64,000 nucleotides of DNA from Cyanobacteriota bacterium (GTDB lineage: Bacteria > Cyanobacteriota > Cyanobacteriia > Cyanobacteriales > Nostocaceae). A program made the position numbers and the translations under genes. The notes under the pieces are model-generated. The model had not been told where the DNA came from. It saw only the letters and a list, made by a program, of their open reading frames with translations, and searched no databases. Shown here piece after piece: positions 40,501 through 49,559 of the stretch; position 1 is the stretch's first letter; every line of letters starts with the position of its first letter. The DNA lies in contig JBJOKS010000011.1 in assembly GCA_046045965.1 (NCBI GenBank), positions 87,681 through 151,680 of the forward strand, written 5' to 3'.

Positions 40501-42111
40501 TCAACCCCTAGAACCCTTTCTCTTCTTACCTTTCAACCTCTGCAAAATCTTCTCAACCTCCTTACGTGCCGGATACAACAACTGCTGACTCAAAGCACTT
40601 TCATAAGCTTTTATCGCTCCCGACTTATCCCACAACCCTAATAAAGCCCTGCCTAACCAGTAATCAGCCATAACCGGATTAAACGCCCTCAACTCCTGAC
40701 ATCCGATACAAGCCACTTCCCACCATCGCTTACTAACCCCAACATCCCCCAGCACTCCGTAACTTTCCCCTAACCACACCGCAGCAGGTACAGATTGCAC
40801 ATAACCCCATGCTGGTAAAAAATGCCATCCTTTTGCTAACGCCTCCACCGCTTCTTGATGTTTTCCAGCCAAAGCTAAAACCCGTCCATGACGAAACCAA
40901 GCATCAGCTAACTGGGGCTGTAGTTGCGTTCCTTGTTCAGAAATCTGACACCCTCTTTCAACCTCCTGAAAGCATTCCACCAACACCCGCCCCGCAGTCG
41001 CCCACACACTCCAACGATCAGAAAACCGCTTCAACATCTCCTCCACTACATTCCCTTCTCCTCCCAGGAGAGGGGTAGGGGGAGAGGTAACAAAAGGTAA
41101 AATCTCGCACAACCCCCGATAAATTTCGCAATCATGGGGATAAAGTTGATAAGCCTTACCCATCATCAGCGCCGCCTTCTGATATTCCCCTGTGTCAAAT
41201 AAACACCGTCCGTAGTTATACCAACCATAAGGATGATTTGGATGTTCGGCGGTAAACTCTGCCAACACCTCCACACCTTGCGCCCAATCCCCTCGGAAAA
41301 TGTGATAATAGGCCAGGGATTTGTGAACTTCCACGCTATGAGGAGTCTGTCGCAGTAGAAAGGTAATCATTTTTTTAGTCTGTTTCCCCTCTTCACCGGA
41401 AACCAATCTCATCTGCAAACGTTGATCAATTTGTCGTTGCAGTACCCGAAAATCTTCCCCAGCTAAGGCTATAACCCTGTTCAAACGCCCTCTAGCTGTT
41501 TGGATATCCCCCACCGCCATCAGGGCATCATAGCTGTAAATCAAGCCCACAACATCATCTGGGTTGATGGAAAAAACCCGTTCCAAGGCGCTGAGAGTAC
41601 CAAGAGGATTTTCTTTCTGCTGATGCACCTGTGCCAAAGCCAACCAATGAACTACTTTTTCAGGTTCTAAAGTTGCTGCTAAATTAAAAGCCATGATTGC
41701 TTTCTGACTCTCACTTTGGCAAACTGCAATTAATCCTTTGATATGATTCTGAGTCCCTTCATTTGCAGATAATAATAAGGCTTTTTCATATATTTCTAGA
41801 GCCTCTTTTTTGAGTCCCATTATCTGTAAAATTTTCCCCAATTGCAGACGCACATCAATTAATTGAGGTTGTCGTTCAATTACTTGACGATATTCTACAA
41901 TTGCTTGTTGCCAATTTCCTATTTCATAAAGCAAATTAGCCAATTCTAATCTTTTTTTCCATCCTTGAGGATATTTCTGGACATACTTAATTAAGGTGTT
42001 CAATTTCTGCTCTTGTCTAACTGATTTTTCCTCTATAGCCAAGTGAGCATTCATATCCAGTCCAGAGGATTGGGTGAATTGTACCAATGATGTGGTAATC
42101 TTTCCAGACAT
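40501..42111 (-). CDS. Tetratricopeptide repeat protein
   Basis: Many TPR helices (LANLLYEIGNWQQAIVEYRQVIERQP, WFRHGRVLALAGKHQEA). Confidence 0.88.
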   Translation of the reverse strand: MSGKITTSLVQFTQSSGLDMNAHLAIEEKSVRQEQKLNTLIKYVQKYPQGWKKRLELANLLYEIGNWQQAIVEYRQVIERQPQLIDVRLQLGKILQIMGLKKEALEIYEKALLLSANEGTQNHIKGLIAVCQSESQKAIMAFNLAATLEPEKVVHWLALAQVHQQKENPLGTLSALERVFSINPDDVVGLIYSYDALMAVGDIQTARGRLNRVIALAGEDFRVLQRQIDQRLQMRLVSGEEGKQTKKMITFLLRQTPHSVEVHKSLAYYHIFRGDWAQGVEVLAEFTAEHPNHPYGWYNYGRCLFDTGEYQKAALMMGKAYQLYPHDCEIYRGLCEILPFVTSPPTPLLGGEGNVVEEMLKRFSDRWSVWATAGRVLVECFQEVERGCQISEQGTQLQPQLADAWFRHGRVLALAGKHQEAVEALAKGWHFLPAWGYVQSVPAAVWLGESYGVLGDVGVSKRWWEVACIGCQELRAFNPVMADYWLGRALLGLWDKSGAIKAYESALSQQLLYPARKEVEKILQRLKGKKRKGSRG

Positions 42112-42136
42112 ATTACAGTGACTTGATAGTTAATTT
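42049..42136. repeat. 88-bp direct repeat, copy B (TPR start)
   Basis: 84/88 identical to 43274-43361 by manual alignment. Confidence 0.93.
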
Positions 42137-42192
42137 TTTTCGTCTTTGCTTTTTTCTGATGATTGGTGATTAATAATTAGATTTAGGACAGC

Positions 42193-42328
42193 TATAGGAA
42201 TGCTATTTGAATTGTGAAAGTGGTCAGCCGCAGATTCCCGACTTCTGATATTAATTCATTATTTATTGACAAGATAGAAAAAAGAAGTCTGGTATCTTAT
42301 CGTTCATGACTAATTTAAGATTTCTATA
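42193..42328. mobile_element. Degenerate MITE-like element (family B) with internal palindromic repeat
   Basis: TATAGGAATGCTATTTGAATTGTGAA...TTCATGACTAATTTAAGATTTCTATA ends. Confidence 0.55.
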
Positions 42329-42416
42329 TATTCTCAAGAAGTAACTGAACTTGATTTTTTTATAAATATTTATGAATACTTCCCGTCGAAATTAAGAGGA
42401 TTTTTTAAAAGTATTG

Positions 42417-42508
42417 GGCGACTAGAAGTCGCTACTACACAATCAAAGTCCACCTGCGTGGACTAAAAGAAAATTAAGGTTTTTCAACCCGCGTAGGCGG
42501 GTTTTGTC
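42417..42508. repeat. REP-like cluster of GC-rich hairpins
   Basis: GCGACTAGAAGTCGC, AGTCCACCTGCGTGGACT and AACCCGCGTAGGCGGGTT. Confidence 0.65.
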
Positions 42509-42537
42509 TATAGTCAAAGAAATTTTACTCCGGGGTA

Positions 42538-43035
42538 TTATGGCTTCTTGTCTTCCATTAGTCTTAACTCGTCCTTTATCTTGTCTAATTCATCCACTTG
42601 GGAATAATCAGTACGACGTGATGAATATAAATCATCTTGTGTATCCATTATCCATAGTCGTAGTAAACTAAGACATTGGTCATTACCAAAATCTGTTTGA
42701 GTTTTGCAGTGATCAAATAATCTTGTCTTCCTGCTGTTTGCCGGATCTTGTGTCTTGCTGTTTGCTGGATCTTTCCATATTTCGTCAAACTTGCTGAATA
42801 AGTAATATACTCCAGGAGCTCTCGACATGATATCCCTCATCCGACCAGCAATTAAATAAGTATCTTGTGTAAAATTTAACTGCCTAGATGGAATACTTTC
42901 AACAGGAAGTTTCACGGTGTCTGACTGAAACTTTTCAGAGGTAATAGTGTTTGTAGCAGCAAAACTGCTGACTGATGTAGACGACAATAAAAGCATTGTC
43001 CCAATTGCGATTCTTATGTTGCGTTGTATACTCAT
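42538..43035 (-). CDS. Hypothetical secreted protein
   Basis: Sec signal peptide (MSIQRNIRIAIGTMLLLSSTSVSSFAA), internal DPANS duplication, two Cys. Confidence 0.75.
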   Translation of the reverse strand: MSIQRNIRIAIGTMLLLSSTSVSSFAATNTITSEKFQSDTVKLPVESIPSRQLNFTQDTYLIAGRMRDIMSRAPGVYYLFSKFDEIWKDPANSKTQDPANSRKTRLFDHCKTQTDFGNDQCLSLLRLWIMDTQDDLYSSRRTDYSQVDELDKIKDELRLMEDKKP

Positions 43036-43145
43036 AAATTCCAGTATTTAAGTGAAGGATTCAAGAGAGTAGGGTTAATTCTATTAGTAGCCAGTTATAC
43101 TTGTGTAAAGTATAGTTAAGCAACCTATATTTTAACCACACTCTT

Positions 43146-43175
43146 ATTAGACGTTTGTTGACTCCAATTTGTGAA
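43146..43175 (-). promoter_or_regulatory. Candidate ECF sigma promoter TTCACA-N16-CGTC
   Basis: Minus strand reads TTCACA-aattggagtcaacaaa-CGTCTAAT about 110 bp upstream of the secreted gene. Confidence 0.6.
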
Positions 43176-43273
43176 TTTTTCGAGTTACAGGCAAATTTTC
43201 TTGACGAAAATCAACCTTTAACCTCCATAAAGCTTACTCAGCAGGCTTTTCAATCATTTAAGACAAGGTAAAA

Positions 43274-43361
43274 ATTCATCTCCAGCCCAGAGAATTGGGT
43301 GAATTGTACCAATGATGTGGTAATGTTTCCAGACATATTACAGTGACTTGATAGTTAATTT
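43274..43361. repeat. 88-bp direct repeat, copy A (sigma factor 3' end)
   Basis: Offset exactly 1225 bp from copy B, 4 mismatches. Confidence 0.93.
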
Positions 43362-44172
43362 CTTCCTGCTGAGTTTTTGTGGGTATTGATGATTCCCAAT
43401 TACAAATCACTGTTTCATCAAATTCACACTCTTCTATTATCGGCATATCCTTTTTTAAGGATGATGAAAAGGAATTAATAAAAGTCTTATCTTCTCCTGC
43501 AAGATATTTATTTAACTGCTTTTTGAGAATCTTTCGTGCTTGTTGAATGCGTTTGCGAACATTCTCTTCCGAAATGGCGAGTTTTTTGGCAATATCTGGA
43601 TAGGATTGATCTTGGCAGCAATGTAAAATAAAAGGATAACGCAATCTCTCAGGTAAAGATGCAATTTGGTGGTAGAGATATGTTTGCATCTCCATATTCA
43701 AAATATTAGACTCTGGAAATTCTTCCCTATCAGTAAATGCTGGAAGATTGGGAAATTTAATATTATCAATGTTTTCAAATAATCTGGCTTCTCGTTTGCT
43801 TTTTTGATGCAAATCCATGCAGAAATTATAAATAATTCGTTTGAACCAAGCTTTTGGATATATAATTTTTGTATTATTGTTTGCAGATTTTCTCCATTCG
43901 TTACAGGCTTTGAGCATTGCCTGATTTAGTGCATCTTCGGCATCATGACAATTACCTCCCATCCACTTTAGACAAAGATTGTAAAAATCATTTTGATATG
44001 ATGCCCATAATTGCCAAAAATCACCACAATTATTTGCAGATAAAGCTTTGAATTGGCTTTTTTTTGGCAAGACATCCCTGAGTTCCATCTCTGACAAGCA
44101 GAACAGTGAAGTCACGATCATTCTCTTTTCTAGAAGACTCTTAAAAGTATCTCTTAACGCATCAATCAACAA
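43276..44172 (-). CDS. ECF-type sigma-70 factor with C-terminal extension (start uncertain)
   Basis: Region 2 (DAEDALNQAMLKA...KAWFKRIIYNFCMD) and region 4 (LPERLRYPFIL...SYPDIAKKLAISEENVRKRIQQAR). Confidence 0.9.
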   Translation of the reverse strand: MLIDALRDTFKSLLEKRMIVTSLFCLSEMELRDVLPKKSQFKALSANNCGDFWQLWASYQNDFYNLCLKWMGGNCHDAEDALNQAMLKACNEWRKSANNNTKIIYPKAWFKRIIYNFCMDLHQKSKREARLFENIDNIKFPNLPAFTDREEFPESNILNMEMQTYLYHQIASLPERLRYPFILHCCQDQSYPDIAKKLAISEENVRKRIQQARKILKKQLNKYLAGEDKTFINSFSSSLKKDMPIIEECEFDETVICNWESSIPTKTQQEEINYQVTVICLETLPHHWYNSPNSLGWR

Positions 44173-44398
44173 TTCAGTTAAATTCAGGAATTTATAATTT
44201 AGGTCATCTGGGTTAAATTCAGTTAAATTTAGTTAAATTTAAGTAAATCGACGGGAAAATTTATAACCATGTAACAAAATGTAAATTCAATCAATGCCTT
44301 ATCAACAGGTCATTTAACGGGGTTTACAAAACTCAACATACATCGCTTTTATCGTGCCGACTTACTTAGTCAAACTCAGTCAAACTCAGTTAAATTCA
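44172..44398. repeat. 10-bp tandem array (AGTTAAATTC-like) split by a MITE
   Basis: Units GGTTAAATTC, AGTTAAATTT x2, AGTCAAACTC x2 and AGTTAAATTC, plus one at 44176. Confidence 0.75.
44240..44368. mobile_element. MITE family A copy 3
   Basis: TA|AGTAAATCGAC...GCCGACTTACT|TA, with ATGTAACAAAATGTAAA at the same offset as in copies 1 and 2. Confidence 0.78.
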
Positions 44399-44605
44399 TG
44401 TTTTTCAAATCTCAAGTCGTGTAAATCACTAGCTGACGCTATAACGTTACTATTCAAAAAGCGATAAATAAAGTAGTTAGATGTTTAAATAACTTAATAC
44501 GTATGCAATCAGTACCCAGAAATAGATTCCAGAATCATAGATAAATCTCTGTTGTAAGATGAGAGAATATTAAACTAAAGTCACAAAACTTAAAAAACAT
44601 TCATC

Positions 44606-44941
44606 ATGGCAAAAATCCAGTTTTCTAGAGGCGTTGACGAAGAAGTAGTTCCAGAGGTGCGTTTAACTCGTTCCCGTAGTGGTGATCAAGGTACCGCAAC
44701 ATTTACTTTTACTAATCCCAAGGCTTTCAGCGAAGATAGCACAGAAGAAATTACTGGGATGTATATGATTGACGAAGAAGGTGAAATTGTCACCCGTGAA
44801 GTCAAAGGTAAATTTATCAATGGTAAACCAGAGATTGTTGAAGCACTTTACCTGATGAAAAGTGTTGAAGAATGGGATCGCTTTATGCGCTTTATGGAAC
44901 GCTACGCCGCAGAAAACGATCTAGGATTAAGTAAATCTTAA
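44606..44941 (+). CDS. psb28: Photosystem II assembly factor Psb28
   Basis: [21 protein letters not shown] and [12 protein letters not shown]. Confidence 0.97.
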   Translation: MAKIQFSRGVDEEVVPEVRLTRSRSGDQGTATFTFTNPKAFSEDSTEEITGMYMIDEEGEIVTREVKGKFINGKPEIVEALYLMKSVEEWDRFMRFMERYAAENDLGLSKS

Positions 44942-45000
44942 CTTATTCATCGGTCATTGGTCACTGATCTTTGATCTTTGATCTTTGATCTTTGACTAAG

Positions 45001-45114
45001 AAAGAGTGGGTAGAAGGTTTTTATGACGAGCATATTTTCACAGATGACATGACAATTTCCTCACCCTTATTTTCCGATATTAAATTAACTGTGAGTGAGA
45101 TTTTCCAAGGATAA
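45001..45114 (+). pseudogene. Uma2 C-terminal fragment
   Basis: Reads EWVEGFYDEHIFTDDMTISSPLFSDIKLTVSEIFQG*, similar to the Uma2 tails SPLFPELKLT and SQTFPEINLTANQIFQ; no start codon. Confidence 0.75.
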
Positions 45115-45209
45115 AACTACTTCTTTCTTCTTCTCTGCGTTCTCTGCGCCTCTGCGGTTCATTCACTCTTAAAATTAATAATAACATTTGCATTTTTGAT
45201 ATATAAATT

Positions 45210-45722
45210 ATGATAATCAAATCACATCCACATCCAGATGCAGAAAATATAACTGTTAGCTGTGCAGTTGTGACCGTCAGCGATACCCGCAACCCAGAAA
45301 CAGATAAAAGTGGAAAATTAATCCAGGAATTATTATTATCAGCTGATCATCTAATTGCAGATTATCAAATTATCAAAGATGAACCAGAACAGATCCAAGC
45401 ATATATAGAAAGTATCAGTCAAACTCAGAATGTAGATGCTATTATTTTTAATGGTGGTACAGGAATTGCACCGAGAGATACTACCTATGATGCGATCGCT
45501 AACCTACTAGAAAAGACTTTACCAGGATTTGGTGAAATATTCCGTTTTTTAAGTTATCAAGAAATTGGTTCACGAGCGATCGCTTCCCGTGCTGTTGCTG
45601 GTATTTATCAAAATAAAATTATCTTTTCTCTTCCCGGTTCTAGTAATGCTGTGCGTTTGGGTATAGAAAAACTGGTATTACCAGAAATTGTCCATCTTGT
45701 CAAGCAAATGCAAAATCAATAA
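45210..45722 (+). CDS. moaB: Molybdenum cofactor biosynthesis protein MogA/MoaB
   Basis: VTVSD, DKSG, GGTGIAPRDTT and LPGS motifs. Confidence 0.9.
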   Translation: MIIKSHPHPDAENITVSCAVVTVSDTRNPETDKSGKLIQELLLSADHLIADYQIIKDEPEQIQAYIESISQTQNVDAIIFNGGTGIAPRDTTYDAIANLLEKTLPGFGEIFRFLSYQEIGSRAIASRAVAGIYQNKIIFSLPGSSNAVRLGIEKLVLPEIVHLVKQMQNQ

Positions 45723-45728
45723 AAAACA

Positions 45729-45761
45729 AGATCCCCGGTTTCTTTGAGAAGTCGGGGATCT
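45729..45761. terminator. Palindromic repeat, probable bidirectional terminator
   Basis: AGATCCCCGGTTTCT-ttg-AGAAGTCGGGGATCT between convergent moaB and mraY. Confidence 0.7.
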
Positions 45762-45783
45762 ATATTTCCATATATCAAAAATC

Positions 45784-46887
45784 TCAAAATTTAATGCTTG
45801 TTAAACAAACAGTAGCCAAAATCGTAGCAATGATATAAAATGCGCCAACTACTTGCAATTCTGACCAGCCAGTTAATTCTAAGTGATGGTGTAAAGGAGC
45901 CATTTTAAACAGACGCTTACCTTTCCCATCTGGTCCTTTGGTGGCTTTGTAATAACTGACTTGTGCCATTACAGACAAAGTTTCTACAAAGAAGATACCA
46001 CTGAGAATGAATAGGGGTACCAAGCTGTTAGAAAGTAGTGCTACAGCAGCTAAAGCACCACCCAAAGCCAAAGAACCAGTATCACCCATAAAAACACGAG
46101 CTGGGTTGCGGTTATGGGCTAAAAATCCGATACAACTACCACTCATAGCGGCACAGAATATCATTAGTTCTGGTGAAGTGGGTGCAATTAAAGCGCCTAA
46201 AGCAAAAATGGCGATCGCCACCGTTCCCCCTGCTAACCCATCAATCCCATCTGTTAAATTAGTAGCATTGCTTTCTGCAACCAGCACAAAACCAGCCACA
46301 GGCCAGAACAGTAATCCTAAAGGCAAGGAAAAACCAACCCAAGGTAAGGCTATATTTGTTATACTAAAATCTCTGTTCAACATCATCCATACACAGAAAC
46401 CAGCCGCAAAAATAATCTGCAAAGCCAGCTTCATCTTTGGAGATATACCTTTATTTGATTTCCGACGCAAAATTTGCCAATCGTCTATCCAGCCAATTAA
46501 GCCATAGCTGAGTGTTAAAACCGAAACAGCAACTACATCTTCAGCAAAATTAGACAAAATACAAGCAACTATCACAGCCACGGGTATGAAAAAAACACCA
46601 CCCATAGTTGGAGTACCAGCCTTTTTCAGATGTGCTTGCGGTCCATCTTCCCGAATAATTTGCCCTGTTTTCAAGGCTTGTAGCAACGGGACAACCCAGA
46701 AACCAGCAGCAGCAGCACCCACAGCACACAGCAAAAACGGCATACTCAGCGAGGTAGGTTGCCAGAATGCTCTATGTCCCACTGAATCTAAAAACAATGC
46801 AGCTGTAGTCATCATCAGAGCTAACAGAGAAGCCAGCCCAATTCCAGAAATATTCAATCCTTGGTTTGGAGATAATTTAGCGTCCAC
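45784..46887 (-). CDS. mraY: Phospho-N-acetylmuramoyl-pentapeptide transferase (start likely GTG 46887)
   Basis: KAGTPTMGG, NATNLTDGIDGL, VFMGDTGSLALG and MAPLHHHLE motifs. Confidence 0.97.
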   Translation of the reverse strand: MDAKLSPNQGLNISGIGLASLLALMMTTAALFLDSVGHRAFWQPTSLSMPFLLCAVGAAAAGFWVVPLLQALKTGQIIREDGPQAHLKKAGTPTMGGVFFIPVAVIVACILSNFAEDVVAVSVLTLSYGLIGWIDDWQILRRKSNKGISPKMKLALQIIFAAGFCVWMMLNRDFSITNIALPWVGFSLPLGLLFWPVAGFVLVAESNATNLTDGIDGLAGGTVAIAIFALGALIAPTSPELMIFCAAMSGSCIGFLAHNRNPARVFMGDTGSLALGGALAAVALLSNSLVPLFILSGIFFVETLSVMAQVSYYKATKGPDGKGKRLFKMAPLHHHLELTGWSELQVVGAFYIIATILATVCLTSIKF

Positions 46888-46968
46888 AAAAAATTTCCCT
46901 TCACTCCACACTTTAAAAAAACCGAAAACCGAAACATTGATACAACCCAGTCCCCAAAATCCTCAAGG

Positions 46969-47205
46969 CTAATCCTCATCTAAGCTGATATCACTATCAT
47001 CATAATCAAGGTCGCCAATTCCATCTTCTCCCGCCAAAAAGTCAGATATTTCTGCTTCTGGTTCCGAAAAAGTCGATTCGTTAAAGTCACGCGCTATGAG
47101 TCGGCCACTAGACTGCAACCAGTCCAACATAGACGACGCTTGCTTCAAGGGAATTACAGTAGCTCTCTGGTTCCGGGGATGCTCACGCAGGGGAGAATTT
47201 AACAT
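46969..47205 (-). CDS. DUF3134-like small protein
   Basis: NSPLREHPRNQRATVIP...SMLDWLQSSGRL, acidic tail; upstream of mraY. Confidence 0.78.
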   Translation of the reverse strand: MLNSPLREHPRNQRATVIPLKQASSMLDWLQSSGRLIARDFNESTFSEPEAEISDFLAGEDGIGDLDYDDSDISLDED

Positions 47206-47454
47206 ATCAACGAAGTCAGTAAGAGGTTTATGTAACTGGACATTAAGAGTCTATCATTTGATACGGGATAATTTAGTTAATGATTCAACTCTTTGATTGA
47301 TCAATCCGGTACTGGAACAAAAAATTTATTTAATAATCCTATGCCAAACAGCAAGCCATTTTTGGTGAACTGCACAAGGCATATACCTAGAACATTAACC
47401 TCTTGTTAATCCTGATTTCATAGATTTCGTAGTTATATTTTGAGGCAAAAAGGA

Positions 47455-48039
47455 ATGATCACAAAATCTGCTCTCTTGGATGCAATTGCTGGTACAAATC
47501 GCGGTTTGCTGGCAACTGAACCCCAAAAACAAGCCATTCTAGCGGCGATCGCTAGTTTAGAAGACTTTAACCCCACACCACGCCCAATGCAAGCAAGTCA
47601 TTTACTAGAAGGTGATTGGCGACTACTTTACACCACTAGCAAAGCTTTATTAAACCTGGATCGTTTTCCCTTTTGTAAACTTGGTCAAATTTACCAAAGT
47701 ATTCGAGTCGAATCTAACAGTGTTTATAACATTGCTGAAATTTATGGACTACCTTCCTTAGAAGGATTAGTCAGCGTAGCTGCTAAATTTGAACCAGTTT
47801 CTGAACGTCGAGTCCAAGTTAAGTTTCAGCGTTCTATTATTGGCTTACAAAGGTTAATTGCCTACCAGTCACCGACAACTTTTATCCAACAAATTGAATC
47901 AGGTAAGAAATTTACTGCTCTTGATTTTCCCATCAACAGCGACCAACAACAAGGATGGTTGGATATCACTTATATAGACAATGATCTACGTATTGGCAGA
48001 GGTAACGAGGGAAGCGTCTTTGTTTTAAGCAAAGCATAA
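47455..48039 (+). CDS. PAP/fibrillin family protein
   Basis: LLEGDWRLLYTT and GWLDITYIDNDLRIGRGNEGSVF motifs. Confidence 0.92.
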   Translation: MITKSALLDAIAGTNRGLLATEPQKQAILAAIASLEDFNPTPRPMQASHLLEGDWRLLYTTSKALLNLDRFPFCKLGQIYQSIRVESNSVYNIAEIYGLPSLEGLVSVAAKFEPVSERRVQVKFQRSIIGLQRLIAYQSPTTFIQQIESGKKFTALDFPINSDQQQGWLDITYIDNDLRIGRGNEGSVFVLSKA

Positions 48040-48129
48040 AAGGCATAGGCAATTGATTCGCAAGAAGTATTTGCGAACGACCTTATTCTATTATAGGTAC
48101 TTTGTCAAGTAGGGACTGATACTTTTATC

Positions 48130-48252
48130 AGGGGACTGGGGACTGGGGACTTGGGACTTGGGACTGGGGACTGGGGACTTGGGACTTGGGACTGGGTGAA
48201 GAAACTTATTCCCTATTCCCTATTCCCTATTCCCTATTCCCTGTTCCCTATT
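48130..48252. repeat. Opposed STRR arrays (GGGGACT)n and (CCCTATT)n
   Basis: About 9 and 6 heptamers upstream of psaE. Confidence 0.88.
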
Positions 48253-48359
48253 CTCTGACAAATAACTTAACAAATACTCTAGTAAAGACCTTCAGGTAGT
48301 AGAGTGAAAACAATTAGCCCTAATTTATTCTCAATTGAACATTCAAAGGGAAGATCATC

Positions 48360-48578
48360 ATGGTTCAACGTGGCTCTAAAGTACGCATTCTTCGTCCAGA
48401 ATCCTACTGGTTTCAAGATGTAGGAACAGTCGCTACCATTGACCAAAGCGGCATCAAGTACCCTGTAATTGTCCGTTTCCCTAACGTCAATTACGCTGGG
48501 ATCAATACCAACAACTTTGCTTTAGATGAATTAATAGAGGTGGAAGCACCCAAAGCTAAACCAGCTGCTAAAAAGTAA
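48360..48578 (+). CDS. psaE: Photosystem I subunit IV
   Basis: [14 protein letters not shown]...NTNNF. Confidence 0.98.
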   Translation: MVQRGSKVRILRPESYWFQDVGTVATIDQSGIKYPVIVRFPNVNYAGINTNNFALDELIEVEAPKAKPAAKK

Positions 48579-48706
48579 GCAGCATAACGGTGCTGAGTGC
48601 TGAGATAAAAACATGGAAAAGCGGTAAACTAATCCTAATTCCATGCCCTCAATTGATTTTTGAGTCATATCTCTAAACTAAACACCCAGCACTCGTTACT
48701 CTGGAA

Positions 48707-49540
48707 ATGCCTGAACTGCCTGAAGTTGAAACAGTCCGACGGGGTTTAAATCAATTAACCCTGAACCAAGGAATTACGGGGGGAGATGTGCTGCTACAAC
48801 GCACCATCGCCTACCCTTTTTCTACTGAAGAGTTTATAGAAAATCTTAAAACAAGCGCCATTAAATCTTGGCATCGTCGCGGTAAATATCTTTTAGCTGA
48901 ACTTTCCTCATCTTCTTGGTTGGGTGTGCATCTGCGAATGACCGGACAATTATTATGGTTAAATCAAGATCAACCATTACACAAACACACCAGAGTCAGA
49001 TTATTTTTTGGGGAAAAACAAGAATTGCGCTTTGTAGATCAGCGCACCTTTGGGCAAATGTGGTATGTTCCTGGTAATGTGCCTGTTGAAAGCATTATTA
49101 CAGGTTTAGCGAAATTAGCAGTTGACCCATTTTCCCCAGAGTTCACAGTTGAGTATTTAGCAAATAAACTGCAAAAATCCCGTCGTCCTATTAAAACTGC
49201 TTTATTAGATCAATCAATAGTAGCGGGTTTAGGTAATATTTATGCTGATGAGGCTTTATTTAAAAGTGGTATCTTACCCACAACTATCTGTACAGAATTA
49301 GATCAAAAACAAATAGCACCTTTAAGAACTGCCATTATTGATGTTTTGTCCGCTAGTATTGCCGTTGGGGGAACAACTTTTAGTAATTTCCTCAATGTTA
49401 AAGGTGTAAATGGCAACTATGGCGGTGAGGCTTGGGTTTATAATCGTGCCGGTGAACCTTGTAAAGTTTGTGGTAATGTAATTCAGCGAATTAAATTAGG
49501 TGGGCGTTCTAGTCATTTTTGTGATCAGTGTCAAAGTTAG
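48707..49540 (+). CDS. mutM: Formamidopyrimidine-DNA glycosylase
   Basis: MPELPEVE, RRGKYL, HLRMTG, GLGNIYADE and a C4 zinc finger. Confidence 0.97.
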   Translation: MPELPEVETVRRGLNQLTLNQGITGGDVLLQRTIAYPFSTEEFIENLKTSAIKSWHRRGKYLLAELSSSSWLGVHLRMTGQLLWLNQDQPLHKHTRVRLFFGEKQELRFVDQRTFGQMWYVPGNVPVESIITGLAKLAVDPFSPEFTVEYLANKLQKSRRPIKTALLDQSIVAGLGNIYADEALFKSGILPTTICTELDQKQIAPLRTAIIDVLSASIAVGGTTFSNFLNVKGVNGNYGGEAWVYNRAGEPCKVCGNVIQRIKLGGRSSHFCDQCQS

Positions 49541-49559
49541 GGATGAAGAGAAAAATCTG

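Noticed and set aside
40179..40641. 103-aa (-) and 73-aa (+) ORFs
   Set aside because: The first runs through dispersed repeats; the second is largely antisense to the TPR gene end.
45080..45292. 70-aa minus-strand ORF
   Set aside because: Antisense to moaB and the Uma2 stub, and includes a GCAGAG repeat.
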